From contig MU054098.1 in NCBI GenBank assembly GCA_013239625.1, forward strand, positions 620,001 to 684,000: a stretch of DNA of 64,000 nucleotides, written 5' to 3'. Position numbers and translations under genes: made by a program. Shown piece after piece: positions 12,878-27,042 of this stretch. Every line of letters begins with the position of its first letter. Position 1 is the first letter of the stretch. The notes below the pieces were generated by a model. It did not search any database. It was not told the DNA's origin and saw only the letters and a list, made by a program, of their open reading frames with translations. Source of the stretch: Lama guanicoe. Its lineage: Eukaryota.

Positions 12878-15779
12878 ACAATGAGTTCCCATTAAACAGA
12901 AAATTATTTTTTCTATATAGACCTGGACCAACTCAGATATTGCCTAACCTAAGTGGTTCATTGGCTGGGATTCGGAAATCTTTTTGTTTTTGTAAAACAT
13001 TTCAACATAATGGTCCTTTTGGACTTTATTTTCCTGAAACATTTAATTCAATACTTACGCAGATGAGTGCCACTAAACATATTCATTTGATAGGAAAGCA
13101 ATTGCATTTCCAATGGATTATTAAGACAATAGAACAGGTAGAAGGAATAAGGCTTTGGAAAGACACGGAAGTAAATATTCACATTTACACCTACTGTGGA
13201 ATTTTTTTTGAATACCACAAGGTCTTTGCGTATCCTGAAAAAGAACAGTACGGAATTTGTCCCTACATATCTTGAAGAATGGGACAAACATCTAATGACA
13301 TGTACTATATAGATGTTTTTAGGTTCTAACATGACTGAAGATCAAAAAAATGAAGTAATGTCCTACAGAGGCCAATCAATCCCTCATTGTCTATGAAGAA
13401 TAAGCAAAGCAATTTATTTTTTGCCAAGTGTAGCCAAAATATAAGTACTTAGATGCACAAATAGAACTCAGCATTGTTCAAAAGACATGCCAAGGGCCTG
13501 CAGATAAATATAAAAACTTGATAGGAAACAAAATCCTTAGAATACTAAGCATAAATAGTATTTTACAACAGTAGTAAGTAGTATATGTTCCTTACTATGT
13601 GCCAGGCACTATTCTAGAAATTTTATTTATTACTTTGCTTAGTCCTCAAATCATATGAAGTACTTACTATTATCAGACAAAGATTCCGGAGTATATCTGA
13701 GCTATTTGCTCCTCTTCCAAACTCTTATCGAAACACAAGAGAAGATGTTCTTGATTTCTACCCTTCTTATCAATATTGTTCTCGGTTGTGGGTGTGTTAG
13801 CAGTGTTTGCCATTGGTGGCCTCCATGCCTTTGCTAAGCTCAAAGCTCACTTTTCAAGTTGTTAGAGGTCCTTGGCAATTTTATTTTTACCTTAAGACTT
13901 AAGATACATTCTGATTAAGATCACTAGTAATTATAATTCATGGGAATTATTTTCTTTCTGAGAAAGGCCTGTAACAGGTTAGCTTCCTTTCAGGAATCAA
14001 CTGAGAAAGAATTAAATGACACTTTTAAAGGCCTTAATTTCCAATGAGAAGCTGCAGCACTGGGAGGATTGGACTCAACACTGTACAGCGTGAATGCCTG
14101 CAATTAAAGAGAAACACTGGGATATTCGGATCCTTGTAAGTGTGAAGTATGATAAAGCATGAATCATAAATCCCTTGTACAGTAACAAAAATAATGACTA
14201 TACTAAAATCTTTGGCGTTCTGCGGCACATTTAGGATCTCAAGTAGTCTTCCATTTTAATTACCACAAAAGGATAATTACACTGTTTCAAAATCTTTCCT
14301 ACAAAACTCTCCCTGGGCCAAAAGTCTGATGCAAATAATTTTCTTCTTAAGCTGATGTCACTAAGGGAGAGGTCTTGGCTTTCTTGAAAACTGCAATTTT
14401 TCTAATAGTTCTTCTAAGAATAGACCATAGCAAGTGTACTTTGGGAAAACTGACATTAAATAAAGTAGGAAATAAGACATAAATAAGTGGGAAAGATGAA
14501 AATTTGAATTTGCGACATAACAAGTTTCCCAAATGTCCCTGACTTTGTCCTAATCTATACCTGATTTGGTCCAAATTGGGAAGGTTATAATGATGAAGCA
14601 TAAAACCTCGTTAGAATCTGAAATTTATATAGTTAATAAACATTTACAGCTGGTCTAGAGGTGGGGGTTAGGGGATGGAGAGGAACAGATAGGGAATTCC
14701 TTAGTTTTCCCCCAGTTTTATTAATACTAGTGGATGAATAATGCAGGACTAATCCCTAAAGTTTAATGGAATTTTCTCATCCTCCAAACACTTACCTAAA
14801 TCCAGAATATATAGAAAAATAAATGTCCTCATTATTCTAGGGAATATTTTTGGAATTTAAAATTTAGCTTTGATGTGTTTATTTCTGCAAGGAAAGAAAT
14901 CCTCAGCTTTGAACCATAAGAAAAAGGTACACCTTTTAGACTAAAATTATTTAGCCATTTTATAACTCTTTTTCCAGATTATTTAGTTCAATGTCTTATT
15001 CTTAAGACAAGTTTCCTAAAGCGTTTGTAAACTTTTCATTCATTTCTTCATACCCAACAAATAGATATTTCTGGCCTGTGAAATCATAAAGACTTTCTTG
15101 TGACCAAATTTTTCATGCCTTGCTTGGCATCCTTCTTTATATTCTACTGCCTTCTTTAAACATTAAAATATAATTCTGAGAGCAATTTCTCTGCTTGTAT
15201 AAGTGAATGCATTATGTTTTTTTATTTGTTTCTGAAATTTTGGAAGGATCTTTCAAACATGGTAGAGTTGTGTTGTACAGAATCCTCTGGGGGACCAGAA
15301 AAAGATTCTTATGGATTATTAAATTTGGAAAGACTCTGTTGCCCAGAAGTGGGTGACTAGTACGGTGCATGCCAAAGACAGCATTTCTTGGCAGATGTCA
15401 ACAGTTGTGGTTGCTTTCATCATTTCTATTCCCCATGGTTAGTAAGACTGTTTTGTCCCACAGTCACTTAATAAAATGAAAACTAGAATAAAGAATCAAT
15501 CACAGCCCTTTAGCAATGATGGCTTTTAGAGGAAAAGAGCAAAGGAAACTTTTTCCACTGATAAACAACATAGAAGGTTATTTGGAGGGGAAACCTAGGG
15601 CGAAGTTGGCTGATACACTGAGCAAGGTGATTTCAGGCCAAAAGGGCTTGGAACTGAAGAGAGCTATTAAGTCGAACCATATGAATATGCTAATACTCAA
15701 CTCTTTTGACTTACAAAAATGTCAGTCTCATATGGTTCAACTTCATATTATTCATTTCCTGCAGAACGAATTTATGAGG

Positions 15780-15915
15780 CAGCATAGTATATTATTTAAA
15801 GAATTTAGGGTTAGATTGCGTGGAGGCAAACTCCAAGTCTGTCACTTAAAATCTGTATGATTTGGGGTAAACAGTTGCACGTCTCTGTGCCTCAGCTTCC
15901 TTATCTGTATAGTAT
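15780..15915 (+). mobile_element. MIR SINE fragment
   Basis: Core TCTCTGTGCCTCAGCTTCCTTATCTGTA preceded by a GCAGCATAGTAT...-like head. Confidence 0.7.
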
Positions 15916-15944
15916 CTGGTATAATACCAAAGGCAGCAACTTAA

Positions 15945-16890
15945 GTATTCATTTCACTGTTGTTTGCACAATTTAGTTGCTTTTAGTTTGGGATAGTTAC
16001 AAGCAATACTGCTACAAATAATTCTTTTACACATATCTTGGTGCTCAGGAGTAAGCCTTTTGGCTATATACCCAGCAATGGAAATTCTGGATCATGGGGT
16101 ACACACTTTTCTAATATTGCTAAATAATGTTATATTGTTTGTCGTTATAGTTGTGTCAATTTACAGTCCCACCACGACTGTATGAGTTCCTGTTGTTCCA
16201 CATGCTTGCTGACACAAGTATAGTCACACTTCAATTTTTGTCGATCTGGTGACCATTTACTGGTATATGATCACATTTTTAATTTCCCTGATTGCTAATA
16301 AGTTGGAGCATCTTTACATATGTTTATTGGCCATTTGGATTTCTTTCATGAAGTACTGCCTCAGTTTTGTCTTTTTGTCCATTGCTTTGTTTGTTGTTTC
16401 CCTATTGATGCCAAGGGGCACTATATTCCAAGAATATTATCAACAAAACTTATAGTTTGAAGCTTTTGGGCCACTGCAAATCACTATGCATTCTGGCTTG
16501 TGGTTGAAAATGATCAGAGACAAGTTCCCTCCACCCTTCAATTCCAAGTCCCTTTTCCTGGCAGACCCTAGGGTGCAGAGGGTGTGATTCAGGTCTACCT
16601 CTGCTTCATCCTTATATTAGGGTATAGCTCTTTAGGGCGCCAGCTTCAAATGGGAATGATCTGTTTGAGTTCTTGCCTGCATACTCTCAAACTCCTTTTT
16701 AAAGCAAATTTCTGCAGAGTGAAAGTTTTGAGCCTACATCTAGGTTTCACTCTTAACTAAAATTTTGCCTTGATAATTCCTTACTCTCTTGTCAGCTTTT
16801 TCAAACACACACACACACACACACACAACTCCATATATCCTATATGCTTGTTTGGCAGTGTTGTTCCAAAAAACCTGGTCTGCCATATTT
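15945..16890 (-). mobile_element. Ancient L1 (L1ME-like) fragments
   Basis: Antisense L1 3'-region text (TATATACCCAGCAATGGAAATTCTGGATCATGGG, TTGGAGCATCTTTACATATGTTTATTGGCCATTTGGATTTCTT), then an L1ME-like 5' segment ending GGTCTGCCATATT. Confidence 0.65.
16805..16826 (+). repeat. (AC)11 microsatellite
   Basis: Read directly. Confidence 0.9.
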
Positions 16891-17494
16891 CAGAAAACAG
16901 AACTCATCCCCAAAAACCCCATCAAATCTCATCTTGTACCTAGTGCCTCCAATTCCCTTACAAATAAGTTGAGGTCCAACAAAGGGGAACCAAGCTCTGA
17001 ACTGGAAAGATTTTCATAGAAGTGTAGTGCTATCATTTGACACCGCTGCTAATCTTTGACTATCACCATCCCTCCAGCCGCTTTCCAGAGGAGTGGCAGT
17101 GTGTATCTGAAAGAGCTCAGGGCCCTAGTCCATGTGAAGCAGTGATCCTGCTTGAGCGTAAAGGATTTTTACCTAAAATAAGAAGCCACACTAGAGATTT
17201 TATTGCCAAAATATTAATACTCTTAAACAGGTGCTTAACTTTGCTTCCAACCTGCAGGGCGCAGGAGAAAACATTCTATGGTTCTGAGTACAAGAAAGGG
17301 AGGAAGAAGATGTGTTCTAGAATCTGCTTTGTCACATACCATCTATATGTGTGTATTTATTCTGGGTTTTAGGATTTTTATTTTCCCTCCTGAAGGCTCA
17401 AGAAAATGACCCATTTAATCTACTTTACAGAGTTGTTTGAGAACAAATTAAAATAATGTGTAAGAATGTGTTAAATATTTAAGATAGCAACCAT

Positions 17495-17632
17495 GGGGGG
17501 AGGTATAACTCAGTGGTAGAGCACATGCCTAGCATGCATAAGGTCATGGGTTCAATCCCCAGTCCTCCATTTAAAAAAATAAATAAATAAACCTAATTAC
17601 CTCCCCCTTCCAAAAAGTAAAAAAAAAAAAAA
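17495..17632 (+). mobile_element. tRNA-derived SINE (camelid Vic-1-like)
   Basis: A box TAACTCAGTGG, B box GGTTCAATCCC, AAATAAACCTAATTACCTCCCCC tail plus poly(A); degenerate TSD AAGATAGCAACCAT/AAGATATTAACTAT. Confidence 0.9.
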
Positions 17633-19703
17633 AAGATATTAACTATAGTCTTCCAACTAAGATAACACACCTCTGCTGCTTGTGCGTCCACTGTCCTCAT
17701 AAGTTATCCAGTGCACTGGACCAGAGTCAGGTCTATGCACCCTTTCTTACTCAGAAGCCTATGTGGACAACCGGAAATTAATGCTCCAACAAGAAGCAAT
17801 TTGATCTTTTGTCAAATGTCTTTGGAAATGGAATCCTGGGGAGGTTGGTCAGTTTATGATTAGGGATATAGGATTTCTACACAAAAACTTCTTAATATTC
17901 TCTTTGATTATTTGGCCCTATATATTTTTTATCCTCCGTTTTTTGTTGTTATTGTTTTGTTGGTATGAAGTCTGAAGAGATAGTAAAGAGACTCAAGATG
18001 GGAACTGGACGACTAGCCTGCGAACTTAAAGTTTTCCATGTCTGACCTGGGAAAGCAAAGATTCCTTACTCTACAACATAATTCTCCATCCACGTCCCGG
18101 AGGGTCAGTCACTGTCTCTTCTGTAGGAAGCTCCATCTAAGTGGCTTTGTTTTCTTAACGACAGATATAAACATTTTCTAAAACATGGAAATGGCAACAA
18201 AGGTATATATGAATGGGAAAATAAACTATGTATGATCATTTCTCATTCTACCAAGACTTATATATTACACACAAAAACACTAATCAAATCCTGTTCACAA
18301 GGCTATAGGGCACTTCCACTTGTAAACTGACTTACGAGATATTGTATCCTTTTTTTAAAAAAAAAATCTCATTCTACTATTTCATCATTCACCTGGGACA
18401 GATTTTTAGAAGTTTCTGTCAGGTGAACTCAAATATAATTTACCTGCTCGCTTTTATTTAGGGCTTCCAAAATAAGATTCTACTAAAATCAATTCCTAAG
18501 AGTAATTTTATTCATAATAATTAATATATCACACATATACCAAATACCAGATATTCCATGTACATGACCTCTAACTCTCAATGCCATGCCACCTAGATAT
18601 GTATCTCTCTGTCTTATAGATGAAGAGCTTGTTATTTCAAAATAAAAGGTGACTTATCCAAGGTGAGAAGATGGTAATGTATGGATTTAAGCCCATGTTC
18701 ATCTGACACCAAAGGCCACATTTTACTGCACTGCAACACCTCAAAAAATGCGACTGCTTATTGACAATTGTCAATGACTATTATCAGATGGATTGACAGA
18801 TGGACTAACATGTCATCTCCAATATATTCTACTTGCATTATTAAAAAATCTCTTTGGAAAAGGAACGATACTAATTCTCACATTGTCAGTAACACTCCAA
18901 AATGGTGTAGCCTTTTATTTCTTGCCAAACATTTTTTGTGACATAGACTTTGTCATTATACATCTCTACAGGGAGTCATCTTATTTCCTAAGGAAAGACA
19001 CAAAACCACTATTTGCCTCAAGGATTTTAATTAGAACTGGACATTTTAGCTTTCCTTTCCCTATCCTTAGTCACAGTAACTGAATTTACTCATTGCTGGT
19101 TTTGAAAATTCTCAAGAAATTATTCAAGGCTTATGGTGAAAATGAGATGTTTTTTCCAGTGATGCTAAATTTGAAAATAAAATTCTAGATGATGTAACTT
19201 GTTTAAATTATTTGAGTATTTTTCTGAATGTGAATATGCTCTTTGGGAGCTAGACTCCTGTTTATTTACTCCTATTCCCAATGCTAAGCATAAAGCCTAA
19301 TAGAGAAAGAATTCAATATTGGGTGATCTGAAATGCTGACACATGAGCCCAGAAAGTGTCTTCAAAGGCCATTTTCCCCTCAGACTGTATGAACTGCTCA
19401 AAATGAGGCATGACTTAAACACAAGCTTAAAACTAATTGGACTAGAAGTAGATGAAGTATGAATGCAGAGACAGGTAATCAAGAAAATTTTCAGTAGAAG
19501 TATAGAGCTAGGTTAACTTTATAGTACCTCATCTCAACTCTTTTTAATTATAATTAATAAGGACTAGAGGAAGCCCTTGTAAGAGCAGTTACAGCGTGTG
19601 TCACAACATTTTTAAACTACATCTATTTTTCCTTTACAACAATTAGATAGTAGTGTGTTAAGAATATAGCTCTAAAAGCTATGGAGATATAATCACTTGC
19701 ATT

Positions 19704-19734
19704 GTTTTTTTAATTAAAAATTTTTTTATTGAAG
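19704..19734 (-). mobile_element. Extremely 5'-truncated L1 insertion (31 nt)
   Basis: Perfect 13-bp TSD AATCACTTGCATT (19691-19703, 19735-19747) around a T-rich tract ending TTATTGAAG, which is the L1 3' end CTTCAATAAAA on the minus strand. Confidence 0.75.
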
Positions 19735-20739
19735 AATCACTTGCATTATAAATAAACTATTAATAGAAACATGCAATACTGAAGGTATAAGTATGATTAA
19801 GTGTTATTTTCAATAGATGGCTTATTTTCCCAGCTCCCAAATTATTTAAATAAATTGTTCATAAAGCCAACTCAGTTTTGAGGAGAAATAGAGAAGCTCC
19901 ACTTAATCATACTCTGGGTAAAATAAAGGTTTTAATTTAATTCAGATATATTTTTTAGAAGAGATACAGAAACCAACTCTGATAGCTATAGGATTAGATG
20001 CACAAAATGAAAAGTATTTTAGCATTTATCTGATTTATTTAATCAGTTTCTAAAATAAAATGTTTAATTCCAATCACTGGATGGATTCTAAGTTTTCAGT
20101 TATATCATTTGGTTGACTAGAAAGTATAAGTGAATATTGCAATTGCAATTTTTGGACTAGATCTATCATATTGTTCAACAAAAGTGATCTCTGAAATATC
20201 TAATCCATATCCCCAAAGTGCATCGACAAATATAGCTTTTATTGTTGCAAAAAAAATGGCTCCCTGCTACCTGTAAAATTGTCTCAATTTTGAGATAATT
20301 TAAGAGCTTATTGTCCAATTTGACAAAGATTACTCCAAGATTTAATGTTCGGAAATTGTATATGGTTATTCTCAATCACAATATGCCATTTTGCTTCAAC
20401 TCCCTCAGAGCAATTATTTTTAGGCAGTTTACCTTATGAAATTGGCTCTTATTACAAAACACAAATATAACCTGTCATAGTAATAGTGTCTTGTTTTGAA
20501 TTTAAATGGGAAAAAAGGTAATATTTCTTTTTTTTTACTAATATAGTCTAGTCAGCCTTTAATTTTAATTTAGATTCTTTCCACAAAACAAATTATGATG
20601 GGAGAGGGAGAAAGAAAGTTCTTGTGCCCTTGATTTTCAGATAAGGAAAGCAAAAAGGGTGAGCTTAATCATTGAAGATAAGCTCAGTTTATTGCATATA
20701 TATACCTAATAAATGCCTTAGAATAATCATACTTTAGAG

Positions 20740-20890
20740 ACAAAAGCAATTTTAGAGACATCTAACCCAATCTTCTCATTTTACAAATAAAGAAAAGCAG
20801 GCTCAAAGAAGCCATGTGGCTTCACAAGATCACACAGCTATTGGCAAAACTGAAAACAGAGACTAGGTCTTCAGTGCTTTTTCTACTATT
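20740..20890 (-). mobile_element. MIR/MIR3 fragment
   Basis: ATCTAACCCAATCTTCTCATTTTACAAATAAAGAAAAGCAGGCTC...CAAGATCACACAGCTA is the antisense MIR core. Confidence 0.7.
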
Positions 20891-21619
20891 CCTTAGTATT
20901 GACCAATGGAAGGAGAATGTGAAAATTCAGAATAAAGAAATAATTTACAAATAAGAGTAATTTACCAAGAGTCTGGTATCTTAAAGTAAACCCAAGTTAC
21001 ATTATTGATGGTTTGCCCCAGAACTTTCATATTCCCCCTCCTCCTTTCCTTTCTGACCTGATACCTTTCTAAGTTCATTCTTCCTAGTCTCAGATTTTGT
21101 TTCTTCTCTTGGATTCCAGGCTAAACTGGAATTAATAGCCATTGTTGCACAAGATCTTTGAACAAGGGGAGGGTTGTTTTGTAAGTCCAAAACTATAGTG
21201 ATTTCCTTTGAACCTATAAACATGTGCAAGTCTCTCATCTGCAATTAAAGTACTTCCTTGACTTTGTGTCCCCTTCTAATAAATGTTTCCTCTCCTGAGA
21301 GTCAGAACCAAGACTTTCTAAAAAAGTTTTCATAAAAAACAAATGTAATATGTGGATATTGTTTGGGTGTTAATTCAAATGAAGTAACATGTTTAGATCC
21401 TAATTTGAGTCAATTGGGAAAGCTGAATATGGATTGGGTAGGAGGTGATATTAAATAACCATTTAATTTTATTAAGCAAGACAAAGTTATGGTATTATAT
21501 CTAAAATGTCATTATAATTAAAGATGTATAAAGAAGTATTCACAAAGGCAGGAATTCCATAATGTTAGAATGAGGAACTTGGGAAATCTTTTCTCATTAA
21601 GGTAATAAAAATACTTGCA

Positions 21620-22615
21620 AGTCCAGGATCAGATGGCTTCACTGGTGAATTCTACCAAATTCAAACAAGAGTTAATACCAATCCTTCTCAAACTCTTTCA
21701 AAAATTAGGAGAGGAGGGAATGCTTTCAAACTCATTTTACAAGGCCAGAATTACCATAATACCGAAACCAGACAAAGACGCCACAAGAAAATAAAATTGC
21801 AGGTCCAAATCCATGATGAATTTACATGAGAAAATCCCCCACGAAATATTAGCAAACCAAATTCAACAATACATTAAAAATATAAGGTGGGATTTATTCC
21901 AGGGATTTATTCCACCTCAACATAATAAAGGTCATAAATGACAAGACCACAACTAACATCATACACAATAGTGAAAAGCTGAAAGCTTTTCCTCTAAGAT
22001 CAGGAATAAGACAAGGATGCCCACTCATGCCACTTTTATTCAACATATTATTGGAAGTCCTAGTCAGAGCAATTAAGCAAGAAAAAGAAATAAAAGACAT
22101 CCAAATTGGAAAGGAAGATGTAAAACTGTCACAATTTGCAGATGATATGATACTATACATAGAAAATTCTATAGACACCATCAAAGAACTACTAGAGTTC
22201 ATCAATGAATTCAGTAAAATTGCAAGATACAAAATTAATATACAGAAATCTGTTATATTTCTATACACTTACAATGAACTATCAGAAAGAGAAATGAAAA
22301 CAATCCCATTTCCAATTGCATCAAAAAAGTAAAATAATGAGGAATGAATTTAACAAAAGAGGTGAAAGACTTGTACACTGAAAACTGTAAGACTGATGAA
22401 AAAAAGTGAGGAAGACACAAGTAAATGGAAAGATATTCCATGCTTGTAGGTTGGAAGAATTCATATGGTTAAAATATTCATACTACTCAAAGCGATCTAC
22501 ATATTAAATGCAATCCCTGTTAAATTCCAATGGCATTTGTCACCAAAATAGAACACACAATTCTAAAATTTGTGTGGAACCCTAAAAGGTCCTGAATAGT
22601 CAAAGCACTCTTGAA
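21620..22615 (+). mobile_element. L1 ORF2 fragment (reverse transcriptase region), decayed, with an internal deletion
   Basis: Translates to [20 protein letters not shown]...[12 protein letters not shown]...YKINIQKS (L1 RT QG and FADD motifs); upstream DGFTGEFYQ; stops and frameshifts. Confidence 0.95.
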
Positions 22616-25600
22616 TAATAACACATAATTTCTGTAATTTTTTTAGGTTAACATAAGATTAGAGTAAAGTGCTTGGCATGTAGCTTAACCCCAATATACA
22701 CATAGCTATCACTATTATTAGTCATATTTGTGTTATTGTTATTTTTTATAGCATATAATAATTTCTTTAGGCCATAGCTCTGCAGGAATTTAAAAAGTGC
22801 AATAGGTAAGAAACCAAGATGAATCTAGATTTAACTTTGTTGTCCTATCACTTTTACTTCCTGTATCCTTTTATTTCTCCTATTAACTATCACCTTTGTA
22901 TTCTGTTAAATTGTGGTTTTTTTTTTTTCAGTAATCCTAATATATATCTGAAAAACAAACTCCAAGAAAACATCAGTTAGGGCTACAAGTGTCATATAAT
23001 GGCATGCACAATATCTTTCGACATTTTTTGTTTGTTTCACTGTAAAAATAGAATAATTCTTAATTACATTGTCACAATATTTTTTATCAGAATTGAATAC
23101 AGTCTTAGATTCTCTCACTGTATCTCCCCTTTGTTCAGTCATTTATTTAGCTATTTTAATTAATTTACTAATTACATATAAAATAATATTTTGACTAAGT
23201 GAAACTTTTAGATGAATAAACCACAGCAAAATGAATAATTTGTCATAGCGTTGCATGCTAAAAAAATTCTTTGTGAAATATTAGTCTTCAAAAATTACCT
23301 TCATATATTTTTTTAATTAAATATGTTCTGGCAAAGTGGTCCTTAAATTTTCCTACTCTGCTTAAACTACAAGAAGCTGATCTTCCTTCATTATAATTAA
23401 ACTGAAAAAATTATATTATATTTAAATCAAGAAAATACTTTCAGAACATTTGTTTTGGCAGATGTTGAAATACATAGTTTATATTTTCATGTGCATAGTG
23501 TATCTAAATTTAGATAGAGGCTTGATTTAATGTAATACTAAAAATAATAATATTTCAAAATCATATAAGGATTTACAGTTTAATAAATAATATCACTTGC
23601 AGTCTTTAATAGTCACAAATACCTGTAAATTCTATGCTAAGTGAGATAATGTAGGTTAAAATATTTAGCATGATAGGTACACAATAAAAACTAATCATTC
23701 ATAAAGGAGAATCTAATTTTTAGAGATAGCCATTGATTTACTCAACGTCAATATTAATATGGCATTATTTAAGAGTTGTTTGATCAAAAAGATACAGTTC
23801 AAACACAGCATTTCTTAGCTAGAATTGGAGCTAAGGACATGAAGCTATCAAAATTCAAATATATACATGATTGACATTAATGTTTAGCTTTTCTATAGTT
23901 TTTCTATTAAACAATTTCCTTTTTATTGCTAACTAAGTAAAATATAATTTAAAAATGTTGGAAATAGTTTGTTATCTTTATTTTTCACTCCAGTCTCCCT
24001 TTTAGAGAACACAGGAGTTGATTACAATGGTTTATATGCCACCCACTGGTGAAATTCATGTATATACAGAGCTTGTAATCCTAGGTTTTTGAGGAATTGA
24101 AAATTAGAGACTTCACTCTCTCCTATCATGAAGAATACTTCAAAGAACATAAGGAATTTACTTCTAATTATTTATCTGCTCTTTGTTTTCAATATGTTTT
24201 CCATTATAAATTAAATACATGAAAGATAGCTTCATCTATTAATTCAATAGCACATACTTAGCTTTCTCCTCTGTACTCGTTTCTAAAATAGGAAACCCAG
24301 AAACATCCTTTTTCTCCCTACAAATATGTAGATTTTAAGCTGAAAGCGTCTGAGGTGGGGTTAAAGTAAAATAGAAAAATGAGTAAATGCTTAATAAATA
24401 TTAAATGCCTTTCCTTTAGTACCCCTTCAAGGTTTTGCTACAAAATCTTGAGGAGAAAGTGTTTTTTCATTAGCTAGTATAATTCTTTCGAGCTCCCCAA
24501 ATGGTATTGATCTAGCATAAGGAATGCTTTCACTCTACAGAAGATGGCCTCACCTAGTTATCTCGTGTGTACCTACTAATTCAAAATATTTCCTCTCCTG
24601 CTTCATTCTGAATGGAGTTAAAATTCACAGTAGCTGTGATCTTACAATTATATAGAAGACAGCAATAAAGAATCTGCAATGGTTTGGACTAATTTGAAAT
24701 TGTACACACTTCCATAAAGACCCTCAGATATCTCTTACCATGTAATTAAACAATAAAAATAGAGATAAATGGGCTGGTTGTTAAAATTCTGCTTCCTCTA
24801 CCTATTTTATTAAATATTTCTGAGTAAGAAAATCCACATTGAAAAAGAAATCACATTTAACCTTGACTGTCTTGCTGATATTCATCTTAAAAAAGAAACG
24901 ATGGCATCAAGTCATGGAAAAACAATTTATGAAGAATATTTTTGGAACTTAGTGTTATGTGGCTAATGGGTGAGCAGCTTGCCTTTGCTATATTTTAAAT
25001 GCAGAAAAATTAGAGTGCAAGATTTTAGATTTCTGATAGCTTTTATTTGGAACACAAAACAGATTTCAGCACTTGCAGAATATAGATATTTGCCTGAGGA
25101 GGAAAAGATAGACAGAAACCTTTAATAATTAGTCCAAGAACCCAGATACTACTAAGTTCAAGCGCTGTGTTAGGAACACATAGAGATAAATGAGAACAAT
25201 TCAGATTCATAGTTGTAAGAGACTCTATTTAGCATATGAAAGACAGCTTTCAAGATTGAATTACTGCTTTTTGAGAGAAAGGCTAAGTAGGCTATTCTTA
25301 TTCATCGCATAATGTTTAAGAGTGAGGGTTTTGAATATATAGTCCGTCCGTTCTAAGCAAATTTTCTTTTATGTTCACTTAGATGGCAACAAGAGATAAA
25401 ATGACTTCTGAGTTGTTAAAATAATGTATAATTAATGAGTAGTTTTCTCATTCAGGGTCTCCTACCGGGACTAATCAAATTGATAATAAAGACCACAGGC
25501 ACATAAAAGCACATGTGAAATGTAACCCTGTTGTATGAAACAGTAATTCTTTTCATCTGTTATTCACAAAGGCACTATCCTCTACTTCCATAAATGATAA

Positions 25601-26469
25601 TTTCAGACTCCAAGTAACTTGTTCAAAGTCACATCAGTAGGAAACTTATAGAATCTGAGAATAGAAGAAAACACAGAAAATATCTAGTGCAACTTCCTCT
25701 TCAAAGCAGAAATTCCTTATATAAGCTCCAGTAATGGAGTGGTTCCTCTCTTTGACAGAGCTTTTCATTGATGAAGAACATGTTAATGTACCCTAATCTG
25801 CTTCTGTCTGTATCTTTAACCATTTACGTTGCTTTCATCTTTTGGAGCCATAGGAGCATGAAAATCCTTCAACTATTTGAAGATACATTATGAACCTTCC
25901 CCCTTAGTTCTATTTTCTAATCACTTGGCAACAAAGGCATTGAAACAGTCTTCAAACTCTGTGTCTGAAAAGGATGTTAATGGAGTCTAAAATGTACTGA
26001 AAAGAAAATACTTTGAGCAAAGCTATGGTTCTAATAGAGTATCTTTCAGCAAGGATGATGTATAGCACTGGTACATGTGAAATACCTGTTAACTACTATT
26101 ATCACTGTAGGACTTGGACAAATTACTCCTGGATAAACAAGAGATTATTTTCTTACTTATGCTACTCTGAGTCTCTAGAGCTATAGCAAGACAGGAAGCA
26201 AAAATCAGCATTTGGTTTATGTTTTCAGGAGGATTTAGCATGTTCCACATTTCCACAGATCAGTGGCAAAAATACCAGGCAGATTAGTAGGGGGAATGGG
26301 GCCCTTAATGTCATTGATCTAAATGAAAATGGATATTAGCCTTTCGTGACACTAAAATCAGGTAAATAGCATGACTCAGTTTTCCTCATCTGTAAAGTGG
26401 GGAAAATGTAAACTTCTACCTACATGTTGGTGTGGCGATTCAATGAGATAACAGACACAGAATAAGTGC

Positions 26470-27042
26470 TGAAGGGGATCAGGGAACACTAGCTCTCAAA
26501 CATGCCACTTTGACATAAGACTATTTTGAGCTGAAGGCAAATGAGAAACAGTAGATACAGGTAAAGCTCTCTATCCTTCCCCTTTCTGCCTAAAGGCAGA
26601 GTACAAATTTCCTTATGTGAAGGTACCCTCATTCCTACCTGTACGAGAAAGAGGAGAATGACTCTTAATGATGGAGACACGTACTTATCCCCTCTGAGAC
26701 TAAACAAGATTGAGTTTTCATAACAAATTTTATTCAAGTAACCCTTATTTTCCATTAGTTTCCCACATATATTTACCTTTCCACAATTTACCACCCCTAG
26801 AAGCCCAAACTGCTTTTGTTTTGTCTTGTCACTTCTCCACAATTTATTGCTCTTTGTGAAATGATACATACATCCCTAGGTCTAACTGCTTCTTTGTGTC
26901 TTCCATTTCTTTTCTATGAAGACCTCAGTATGCATAAGCAATAAACCCTTTCTCTGGTTAAACTGTCTTTTGCCAGTTTAATTTGCAGGACCCCAGACAC
27001 TGAACATAAGAGGGCAGAGGAGAAAGTTTTCCTTCCCATTCA
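26470..27042 (+). mobile_element. MER34/MER39-family ERV1 solo LTR inserted into a MIR
   Basis: Starts TGAAGGGG...CATGCCACTTTGACATAAGACTATTTTGAGCTGAAGGCA, has AATAAA near 26939, ends CCCATTCA. 4-bp TSD GTGC/GTAC. MIR halves on both sides (about 26370-26469 and 27043-27070). Confidence 0.85.

Noticed and set aside
7403..17720. Perfect palindromes at 7403-7420 and 17707-17720
   Set aside because: About the number expected by chance in 64 kb of AT-rich DNA; no supporting context.
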